The notes under the pieces are model-generated. The model was not told the origin of the DNA and ran no database searches. It was given only the letters and a program-made list of their open reading frames with translations. Source: Callorhinchus milii (taxonomy: Eukaryota). Taken from it: a stretch of DNA of 64,000 nt. The translations under genes and the position numbers were made by a program. Location: the NCBI RefSeq assembly GCF_018977255.1, contig NW_024704743.1, forward strand, positions 34,040,001 to 34,104,000, read 5' to 3'. Below, piece after piece: positions 12,334 through 22,985 of the stretch (within the stretch, counting starts at the first letter, position 1; each line of letters opens with the position of its first letter).

Positions 12334-15300
12334 CAGGAAAGTCAAACATATACCGTTTCGAAACATCCCAAAAGTTTTCCTGGGGCAACCGGAGAGTTGC
12401 TTTTCCTTATGGGATTCAACGGTTCCACCCAAGAAGGAGTGAGATTAGCGAATACTGCTATCACCCTGGGAAACGAGGTACACAAATTGATCAGCCAGCT
12501 GCTATTACCATGCCTGGGGAATGCAGTATCCTAGGATCCGACGTTCTCCAGAAAAACGCCATGATAGTGGATTACACTAATTCATGCCTGTGGGTTCCCG
12601 AAAGTAGGGCGTTAACCCACAGTGATGGACACCATATCGTGTCCGATGTGTTCGCCATAACGGCTATAAAGAAGCCTGAGATGTACGAGCCCATCAAACA
12701 CGATAACGTACAAGTAGTACAATTACTGATCCAATGTGATGATGTTGTAGCTCGACATAAATATGATTGTGGGAGAATGGGTCAGGAAGAGGAAGTAAAT
12801 GGTCCAACCCATGCACCAGCGAAACAGTATCCTGTCTCGCTCGAAAACCTCCTGTATGTCCGTGATATGGTACAATCATTGTTAGACCAGGGAGTTATAC
12901 GTAAAGGCACTTTTACCACAAATTCACCTATCTGGCCAGTAAGGAAACCAGACGGGTCACGGCGGTTAACGATTGACTATCGTAAATTAAATTCGGTAAC
13001 CCCGGGGTGCGCTCCCATTGTTAGTGACACGCCTACGATACTGTCACAAATTCCGCACGGGGCGAAATTCTTTTCAACACTGGATATCTCCAACGGTTTT
13101 TGGAGTATTCCCGTCTGGGGAGAAGATCAATTTAAGTTTGCCTTTACATTTGATGGACAGCAGTTTACATGGCAATGTCTCCCACAGGGATTTCATAGCT
13201 CTCCCACAATCTTCCATAAGCGAATGGTCGATATATTAAAAGATTGCCCTCTGCCAGGAAAATCGGCACTGCTACAATACGTTGACGACATATTACTAAC
13301 TTCCACTAACTAAACAGAACACTTAGAACTTTTAAATTCAGTTTTACAGAAACTCCTAACTGCTGGTTTAAAAATCAATCCTCGTAAAGCCCAGCTGCTA
13401 CAACCGTTTGTCTGTTTTCTAGGAATTACCCTCTCAAATGACGGACAGTCCCCAGATACACGTAAGATAGACAGTATACAACGACTCCCATTACCAGTGA
13501 CAAAAACGGCGTTACGATCTTTCTTGGGCTTGGTCGAGTACCATTCCCCGATTTGCAGAGATCGCTAAACCGTTATACAATTTGTTGTCCGGATCGCAGG
13601 ATGAGGTCCAAACAAAATGGACCGAGACACATACTACGGCAATTAACATGCTGAAACAGGCGGTCATATAAAATACCTGCCTGACATCCCCTGACCCTGA
13701 CCGGCCATTTCACCTCGAGGTGTCGGCTATGGCAGCAAGCTTATCTGCCATGCTAGCACAAGAATACAGGGGAATACAGGGGAATAATTAGTCCAATTGC
13801 TTCTACCTCAAGGCTTCTCACAGGAGTGGAAGAGCAGTATGATGCTTGCGAGAAACACCTGCTGGTCAACTTCTGGGCGGTGAAACATTTTACGTATATA
13901 ATAGGATTGCAGCGGATTACCTTGCACACTCCGCACACCCCACTAAGCTTATTGATGAAACCGGGGGATACTTTGGTGTCATCACAGTGCCTCAATCATT
14001 GGACTCTGATGCTCATGGGACTTGACATCCAAATCACTCCCAAGCAGACAACTTTGATCCCTCAAATGCTGCAGTATGAAGGGAAGCAACACAAGTGTTC
14101 GCTACCATTATTATAATTCCCAGAACATCCTGTGTCCAAAACACCACTACAACCAGACACCCAAGTATTTGATGTCTTTATTGACGGCTCCTCATATTAC
14201 CACGAGGATAAACCCTACACAGGTTTTGCTATCGTGCTACCCGACAAAACCCTCGGATATTCGTGCACATCGCACTCTGCTCAATATGCCGAATTTGCAG
14301 CCTTGGTGGAAGCCGTGCATTGCACATCTGCATACCCGTGCAACATTTGGTCTGACAGTGCGTACGTTGCAAATGCGGTTCGAATGCTACCCCTGTATGC
14401 AGCTTGCGACTTTTCCTCCGCAGATGGACGAACATTAACTCACCACCTTCTGTTATGCAAATTGTGGAGTCGCCTTAGTAATCACAAATTACACCTCCAT
14501 GTTGGCAAGGTAAAAGCACATTCTGTCACCGACCCCCGCTACGAAGGTAACAAAAAGGCTGATGCTGCAGCTAAAGATTCCACCCTGCACGCCCCATTGT
14601 GGGGAGGCTATACAGTGACTGAGGAATGCTATTCAGTTACGATTGACTCAAAGTTAGATCTTGAATCACTACAGAACACCTATGCCCCATATGTGATTGT
14701 CCGAGAATGGCATCTGAATGGTCGACCCGATCTTCCCCAACTCCATGGGCTCATCAAACTTTTACAGCTGCCGATAACGATAAAAATACTACCATCCTCC
14801 TATACCAGGACGACATGGACAAACCTGGTGTGGCGTGCGTTCCCCCCGACATGGCGGAAGATTTCTTCTAATTATTTCACTCTCACCCAATCGGGGGACA
14901 TATAGCTGTAAATTCAAGAAAATCGAAAATACATTCCACCACCTGGTGGCCCACCCTCAATGATGTTATAACCACTCACGCTAACCGTTGTCTGGTTTGC
15001 TTACAGCATAATCCCGGTCTATCTGCTAATCGGGTCCTGTTAAAAGGTGCCCCAGAGGCAGAAGGGCCCTGGACACATATTCAAATTGATTTTATCGGAC
15101 CCCTGCCCATTGCACCGGGCAACTACAAATATGCTCTGATTATTTTAGATAAATTTTCCAAATGGATTGAAACCTTTCCTGTCAGAGCTGCCACAGGTAT
15201 GAGGTGATCTGCAGATGGGGAGAACCGATAGTTCTCGATAGTGATCAAGGGAGCCACTTCACCGCTAATGTTTTCAAAACCCTCACCAAACTAATGGGGA

Positions 15301-15907
15301 TTAAACAGCGGTTACACATCGCGTTCCACCCTCAATCCTCAGGGGTAGCGGAGCGGGGAAACCGGACTATTAAGATGTTATTAAAAAAATACTGTGCAGG
15401 TCACCCCACCCAATGGGTACAAATGCTGCCGATGTGCTTTATGGTGCTTAGCTCAACCACACATTCAGCCACTGGGTTGACCCCGTATCAGGGAATGACA
15501 GTGAGAATAATGAGGCTACCGGGTCACTTGCTCCAACCTCTTTCCCCAGCATAACTATGGAAGGAAATCCGAACTTACAGGGGGCTTTCAGTGAAGCGTG
15601 GGTTGATAAAATGCTTGTAAATATCCAACACACGAATGAATTTGTAACTAACCATTTGGGAAGAAACAAACAACAAATGAAAAGGTACTTCGATAAGAAA
15701 GTACGAAAATGTGAGTATAATATTGGGGACACGGTCATGGTGTTGGACTTCAGTAAAAGAGAAAACCCATTCTCACCAAAGTGGAAAGGTCCGTTCCCTA
15801 TTGTGGACAAGGCCAGCCCTTCAATATATTTGATCCAATATACGGGAAAAAGGGGAGGCAAAACAGCTATATGGCATCATATTAACCAATTGAAATCCGA
15901 AAAGTAA
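12334..15907 (+). pseudogene. pol: Disrupted pro-pol (protease remnant, RT, tether, RNase H, integrase)
   Basis: ILGSDVL; NSPIWPVRKPDG, LDISNGFWSIP, LPQGF, YVDD (13278-13289); PFHLEV...CEKHLL tether; FIDGS, SAQYAE, SDSAY, KVKAH, GNKKAD RNase H; HSHPIGGH...CLVC, QIDF, SDQG-35-E, KWKGPF integrase; several stops and frameshifts. Confidence 0.92.
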
Positions 15908-15963
15908 CTGATAAACTAACAGATATATCCTTGATTTTCGGAGAATCGATACGCGCTCGAAAG

Positions 15964-16290
15964 ATGGGGAGACTGATCCTATTATTGATGATTACGAATA
16001 TGATGGGATACTCACCTTCGGATATGTTCCCAGCACGGAGGGTCGAAATGACATTGTCTGTCTTATCGGTTTACGGTACAGAATGCCATCAGCCACACCA
16101 ACTGGTACTGGGAAGAGTTAGGAAGCCATTTAATTCTCACCTGTACCATCGAAACAGACGGCGACGGCACTCCCACTATAATTTTTCAACGACACCGTAT
16201 GACTTCAGGCAACGGTGCATCAATCGGAAGGTGGGGCATCCCGATATTGTGTCCACACAGAAGATACAACAACGCGAGTGAGCGAGACCT
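15964..16290 (+). pseudogene. env-position remnant with hydrophobic N-terminus; rest deleted
   Basis: MGRLILLLMITNMMG signal-peptide-like start just after the pol stop; joins directly to the 3' LTR remnant. Confidence 0.45.
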
Positions 16291-16305
16291 GATATTTCCT
16301 TACGT

Positions 16306-16396
16306 TATTAAGCTCACTGTCTTATAATAAAAGAATTATTGCACCATCTTGGATTGTCGGGTCATATTTCATATTTCGGGATCGCAAAACCCAACA
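16306..16396 (+). repeat. Truncated 3' LTR (poly(A) signal and end only)
   Basis: 16306-16370 matches 10804-10868 at 64 of 65 nt; AATAAA 16326; ends CCCAACA. Confidence 0.9.
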
Positions 16397-16775
16397 GTCG
16401 GAAAAGATCATTATGTAAATTTAAGACTGATACATCATCTCTTCAAAGGTTGCGACTCCCTATTTACCCTGCACATAGTCCATCACTGATGCAATGTGAC
16501 ATGTGATTCATAGCGCACATTGAGGAGAGAGTCACAATCTCGAGGTGGTGTAACACAACAGTCAATAACTTATCGTTTTTGGGTGGTTTTCATTTGGCTT
16601 TTCTCCTCTTCTACAAGGGAGAAGAGAACTGTAGTTACAATAGTAAATGAGAGGTAGAATTGGGGCATGATGGTGCGGGGGTGGGGGGGTGGAGGGAATA
16701 TGTTCAGGAGTGGAATTGATGGGCCACTGAGCCTCAATCCACTTTTCCTTTTCTAGATATTTTATGTACCAACAT

Positions 16776-17001
16776 GAGTATTGAAACAGTTTTTTTTTAC
16801 TCCTATTGAAACAGGTGCAAATCAACCATGGTCTGCACCACTCAGACCTGGCATTGATCCATCACTGAAACGGCCTGGCGTTTCCTTAGTACTCTTTGTG
16901 GTACAGGTCAGGGACAAAATCAACAGAGCAGGAGATTGGGGATGGGGGATTGCACTCAGCTTAGTGAGTTCCCTGTAGTCAATTGGTTGATGTGGGCTAA
17001 G
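16776..17001 (-). repeat. Right arm of ~225-bp inverted repeat pair (partner 9556-9778)
   Basis: Reverse complement aligns with 9556-9778 at roughly 80% by eye. Confidence 0.85.
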
Positions 17002-18714
17002 TTCCATTCATCAACAACTTTCATTTATATAACGCCGTTCACGCCGGACGCCATCACGGGATGCTTACTCTGCTCCATTTAGCAAGTTTAGTGAGTTTAT
17101 CCTTGTGGGCTTAAAAATTATTTTAAAAGAATTAAATATTACATCTATAACATGATAAATCGCACATATCATTTTAAATTACATTATACTTATTTCTAAG
17201 CGAATAGGGGCATGATCGCTGACATTCCTGAACAGTATAGAATAGCACTTGGGCATATATCAATGCATTCAGTTCATAAGAGTTGCACGGTGCAGAATGT
17301 TCCCCGAGTAAATAATTTATCAAACTATATTGTCTTCATTTAACTGGGGCCCCATCCAGTGGATATTCAGCAAACGGGTAAAAAGTTGCTCTGTATCTAA
17401 ATATTAATAAATCTTACATTCAGTTCAGTACTTTTCAAGGCAGAAGGACTTCTCAAAGTGTTTCACAGGGTATACTGTAAAGTGGACTGACTGTATATTG
17501 TGAGCAAAGGTGGCAGTCAATTTTCGCACAGCAATGACCCACAAACAGCCATGAAAGGAATGACCAATTTTATTTACTTAATGTGCCTCATTCATGACGG
17601 AGAAGAGAATGAGGGGTTTCGAAAGATGGGTTTGGGAATCTTAAAGCCTCACGTGGAGGAATAAAACATTGAGAGTTCCTCCGATGGGTTTATTGGAAAA
17701 ACCATCAGAGGAGTCAAGATGTCAACTTACTTCATTTATCCTTGAATCTGATATTTCAGCTCATCACTTCCTCAAAATCTCTCAAAGCTCTTCACAAGAC
17801 TTTCTGTCACATGGTGAGTGTGTATCTTGTTTGTGAATAAGGCAGCCGATTTTCATACTGCAACAACAATAACTTGCATACATAGTGCCGTTTGTGTAAG
17901 GCAATGTCCCTTTAAGTGAATGACCAATTTTATCTGGATGATTCTTGGCCAGAACACTTAGAGAAACTCCCTTCTGTCGCCTCTGGATCAGAGGTTAGGA
18001 CTTGAGCTCACAGTGCAGGCTGACAGCCTAGTGTAGTACTGGGGGAATGCAGCAATGTTAGACATGCCGCTGTTCAGTTGAGGCATTAAACCATGGTCCC
18101 ATCTGCCTGTTCATTATCTTTATCTTCATTGTAAAGTGCTTTGAGACGTTAATCCTAAATGAAAAATGCTATGTAAATAAAAGTTTTTGTTACTGTTCAG
18201 TCGTGGTTTAGAGTCGTGCTCCATCACTATCAAGTGCTCTGGGACGTTATCCTGCATGAGGGGCGCAATTTAAATGCAAATTGTTGTTGTTGTTCACACT
18301 GTTGATCAATATACAGGATCCTTTTTGAGGGTGAGTGTATGTGAGTTCTTGTCAGTTGAAAGGCTTAATTGAGATTCGTTTCTCCTTCTCCCTGCCTCCC
18401 CTCAATTGAATACCTTTCCAACACTTACTGTCTAGGCTCACACATGAAAAATGGCTATATTTCTGGTGACAAGGGCACAGTTCAAAGCTTCAGGAGAGAA
18501 AGGGAAAAAAATGGAGGTTGAAAAAGTTTTTCAAAATTGAAGTATTAAGGAGAAACAGCATCAACACATAGCAGTATGCAAATAATAGGAAGCAGCTTTG
18601 ATGATTCACTGAACTTAACATGTTACAATAGACACCAGGTGCGTTCCTGTGTGGGAGAGGGAATCAAACAGGGATTTGCACCTGCCGTTCTGCACCCTTC
18701 CTGGCAATCCAACA

Positions 18715-19330
18715 ACTCTTCCAGGACAGGTGAACAGCTCCCAATGGTACTTAGGGAGCCAAGGGAGGAGATTTGTGAAGCTCTGACAAACATTTCGAGA
18801 GAGTCAATCAACCCTTGTCAGGTTCTGGCAGACTGGAAGCAAACAAATAATGTTTCCATTTTGAAGAAAGGTAACAATACACATTCATGACAATCGCAGT
18901 TCCACTAACCTGACCTCAATAACTGAAAATAAATATTGAAATCAATCATTGGAAGCAATGTAGATGTTCTGAGAATAACGGACAGCAGGTGACAGCGAGC
19001 ATGGATTCAGACACGGTCGATCTTGTTTTGCAAAGTATATAGACTTTTTTTTTGAGAAGCTGACATCTTAAAGTGATAAAATGTACATTGACTCACTAAA
19101 GCCTTTGACAAAGTATCACATGAGAGACTCTTTCATAAACTGATGTCACTGGGCATTGAGGGAAGAATGGACATGGATTTGAAGTTGACTGAAGGGAAGG
19201 AAGCAGAGGGAAGTCATTAGAGTAATTAGGTCAAAATGGGTGACGGGGAAGTATTAAGGGGTGTGCCTCAGGGGTTCATCCTGGTACCTCTCCTGTTTTA
19301 TGTATACATTAATGACCTGGATTCCAGACT
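18715..19330 (+). mobile_element. Old CR1 LINE RT-domain fragment
   Basis: PMVLRE.REEICEAL, DWKQ.N.V.I.KKG, EHGF..GRSC, KAFDKV.H, GVPQG..L.PLLF..YINDLD. Confidence 0.85.
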
Positions 19331-19349
19331 CGTGCAATATGTTAATATG

Positions 19350-19600
19350 ATATGCTAATCTCAGCAAAAACTGCCTGGGGAGGCTAAACTGGCTTGGTTA
19401 GGGAGAGGAAAACCATCCAGGGTTCCTGCTCTTAGTCCCGCTGAAGCACCCTCGACTGGTAGCTCTGTATCAGTCGGGTGAGGAAAGATCAGGCTCAGCT
19501 TTGATGAACCCTACACTTGAATGGCCTGTTGACACTCGTTGAACAGTGGGCATTTGGGTGGGCTGGGTTACCAATGCCTTGGAACCATACTCTACCAAGA
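19350..19600 (+). repeat. Old SINE-like dispersed repeat (related pieces at ~35530-35580 plus 35870-36000, 54700-54930)
   Basis: Shared blocks gggaggggaaa..ccagggttcctgctc and ggtgagga..gatcgggctc. Confidence 0.5.
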
Positions 19601-20036
19601 GGAAGCAAATAGATATATGCTATGCTAGTGGGAAGAAAATTAGAAAAAATTGGATATACTAAATTTAAAAAAGAGATATTTTGCAACTTAATATAAAGAA
19701 AACTGTGACCTGTTAAAGGATGCAACAGGAAGGTTCATTCTCACCTTCAAATCCCTCTAGTTTCTCACCCCACTCTATCTCTGTGACCTCCTTCAACCCT
19801 ACTGACTTGGTTGCTCCTTTCGCTCAGCAAGGACTGGCCTGCTTTATATCCCCCGCCATCAACAAGTGAGCTTTCAGCCATTCTGCCCCATTCTCCAGAA
19901 CTCCATCCCAGAGTCCCTCCGGCTGACTCACTCAATCCCTCCCCTTGTTTAAGGTTCATTTCAAGATGTTCCTCTTTGACTACACTTTTGATGATCTTTT
20001 CCTTCTGTGACCCTTTTGGTTCCTACTTCCAGCTCA

Positions 20037-20340
20037 TGGCGAAACATTGGGCAAGTTTCCTTACTCCACACGCCTCTGTTTACCTAGCAGTAAGTAGGAA
20101 CTCGGTTGTTAGTTGATTGGTGGATCGCTTTCCCGGGGGTAATAATTCCTTCAAAAAAATATAATAAATTGGTCACTCATTCCACGATTGTTTGTGGGAA
20201 GCTGTTGTGCACAATTGGCTGCCTCCTTTCGCCCTCAAAATATACAGTCAATTCACTTTACAGTATATTATGTGAAGCGCTTTGAGATGTCTCGAAGATT
20301 TGTTAAGGCGCTATATCAAATGCAAGGATTATTATTATTA
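20037..20340 (+). mobile_element. 5'-truncated tRNA-derived SINE (long form)
   Basis: gaaacattgggcaagtttccttactccacac through aaatgcaaggattattattatta. Confidence 0.85.
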
Positions 20341-22589
20341 GATGCCCAGCCAGCAGTGTTGAGCACTTTGAGATATCCTCCAAACATGAAAGGCGCTGTA
20401 CAAATGTAAATTATATTGTTATAAGCTGGGATGAACATTTCCACCTGGTTCTAGACTAACTATATTGACTTAGCATTTGAGAACACAGAATTCAAAAATT
20501 CTAAAATAAATTCTTGCATTTCAAATTTAGGAATTTGATAAGTTCTCACTCTGACATGCTAAGAAACTAGTCTAAGTCTGGTGGAAGGTCTTCACTCATG
20601 TGTCTGAATTGATTATAGGCTCTCAGATCAATAAGAGGAATGAACGGGGCACAGCACATTTAGAACTTAGCTTTACCTGATCTAAAATATTGGGTCCAAT
20701 TCAAACAGACGTTAATCTTTCTTTTCCTCTAAAGCACACACCTTGCCATTGCGAATACTTTCTGGAAAACTTCTCATTGCTTGTCCTACCAGGACTACCT
20801 TACCCATTTGGGCTTTGTGCTTCAAGGGTTAAAAAGAGTCAAGAGTCAAGAGGAAAGAATCCTTGCCCTCAGTTTACTGAATCCTTAACAACAACAACAA
20901 AATTATATTTGTAAATAGCTGAGGTCTCTGTAAACATTTTTCCACCATCTTTTTGCTTTTCAGGATGTACTACATACCGTGCTTGCACATCCAGCATTAA
21001 TAGATCAGCAGCTGTTCCTAACTCTCAGTGCATCTGCTCTTCAAGCAATGGCCTGAATCCATAATTACTATAATCCAGCTGTCATGTCCTAGATCAAATC
21101 CTGCAATTTTTCATATGATTAATAGATCTTTTTCTTTCTTACACCTTAGGGAGCTAGTCCAAACAAAAACATTCTGTCATTCACGCAAAACGTGCAATAG
21201 AGTTGTACACACTGCCAACTTATCAACCATTTACCATCAAAGGATAACTGCTAACATTGGCTCAACTGATCGTAATGTTGCCTCTGGGTCAGAGGTTGTG
21301 GGTTCACATAAATTGAGCAATTGCATCATAGCTGTTTGCAGGATCTTGCCATGTGCAAATTGATTGCCGTGTGTGCCACAGATAAGTCACTATTGCCTGT
21401 GTAATGCTTTTAGATGTTTTGACATGTTAAGCGCTTTATCAAATGCGCGGAGGAGTATTTTATTCTGTTTACCATGTTTTTCTATGATTAAATGTGGCGC
21501 AATATTCATTCTGTCCAATGCTTCAATTAACCCACCCACTTACTTCCACATTTTTAAGTCATTTCAAATGTTTTTGTGTGGACACTTTCCCTTATTAGTT
21601 TTTACAGTCAAATGCTGGGGGTGGTTAAGTCAGGTATAAAAACTTTTGAATAGCTCCTATGAAATGAAACAGGCTCATTTTCTCAGCTGAATTGTGCAGA
21701 GTTCTGTGCATTACAGTTGATTTATTAACTATGCCCCTTTGTTGGTAACAGGAGATTCCTGGATATTATATATATATTATTATATAATTATATATTATAT
21801 AACTACAAGGAACGAATATATACTTACAAATCCAGCTTGAATGTTTCTAGGGCACAATTTAATGGATGTTCTTCCTACGAGTAACAAATCCTGGGTGGTA
21901 TACAGCATATTATAACTTCTGCCACTTCAACTGTTACAACTTCACTGGTTACAACTTGTGTTGAGATGAACTGATCTGCCATCTACTGTCAAGGGTCGTA
22001 CTATTAGAAACTTCAGCACCTGCTGCAGGTTTACTGAACACAATTAACTACAATAAAAACAACTTGCACTTATATAGCACCCCTCACGCAGGGTAGTATC
22101 CTATAGCGCTTGACAGAGCCTGACAAAACTAGAACTAAAATCAAGACTGAAGCTGGGGCGATGGGTGGGGGGGAAGGAATGGGGGAATAGGGTATCCATG
22201 TGGGTGTCCCAACCACATATGCAGCCTGACATTTCTGTTGATTCTAAAGTACCAAAAACATATTGAGTAGTACAGAAAACACATGCTCATCTGCACAACG
22301 TGGGGAAGTTTAGAAGCATCAATCAAGTTTACTGTATACTCTGTGAAGCACTTTGAGACATTCTGCTGACATGAAAGGTCTGAATTAGGTGCTAAGTTAT
22401 GTAATTGGCAACCAACGAACCAGTGCTTCGTTTTGTTTCTGCTACCGCAAAACATTACCATAAGTAGGTCTAAATTGTGGGTCGGAGGTTGAATTTGGAA
22501 ATCATTTAGAAATCTTGAATCCAGCAGCTTGTCATTGTCGAACTTTAAGTTTTCAGTATGAAATGCTATAAGACTTAAATAAATAATCT

Positions 22590-22985
22590 TTAAATTCGAT
22601 GTAGTGTCTATCATGCCAGGAGAATGGCTCAAAGCGCTTCATGTGATATAGTGTAAAGTGCAGTGACTGTCTGTTTGTAGGCAAACCTGACAGTTTGCAC
22701 AGTCATGAAATGAATGACCAATTTTATCAGGGGGATTGTTGACCAGGACACAAGAGAAACTCCCTTCTATTTTTGAATAGTACCATGGGATCTTTAACTC
22801 CACATGAATAGGTAGACAGGACCTCGATTTAACGTCTCATTTGAAAGGCAGCTCCTCCAACACTGCATTCGAGTGTCAACCTAGAGCCCTGGACTATATG
22901 AGTGTAATATCCCAACATAGGACTTGAACCCACGACCTTCTTACTCAAAGGCAAGAGTGCAATCAACTGAGCCAGACTGACACGC
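22590..22985 (-). mobile_element. SacSINE1/Deu-like SINE
   Basis: Reverse-strand head tcagttgattgcactcttgcctttgagtaagaaggtcgtgggttcaagtcc plus body shared with 26393 and 45060. Confidence 0.7.

Larger units (their letters stand above)
10207..16396 (+). mobile_element. Decayed endogenous retrovirus (snakehead-retrovirus-like / class III-related), LTR-gag-pro-pol-env remnant-partial LTR
   Basis: TG...CA termini, flanks GTTG/GTCG, tRNA-Arg PBS, Gag, YVDD RT, tether plus RNase H, HHCC-DD35E-GPF integrase. Confidence 0.9.
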
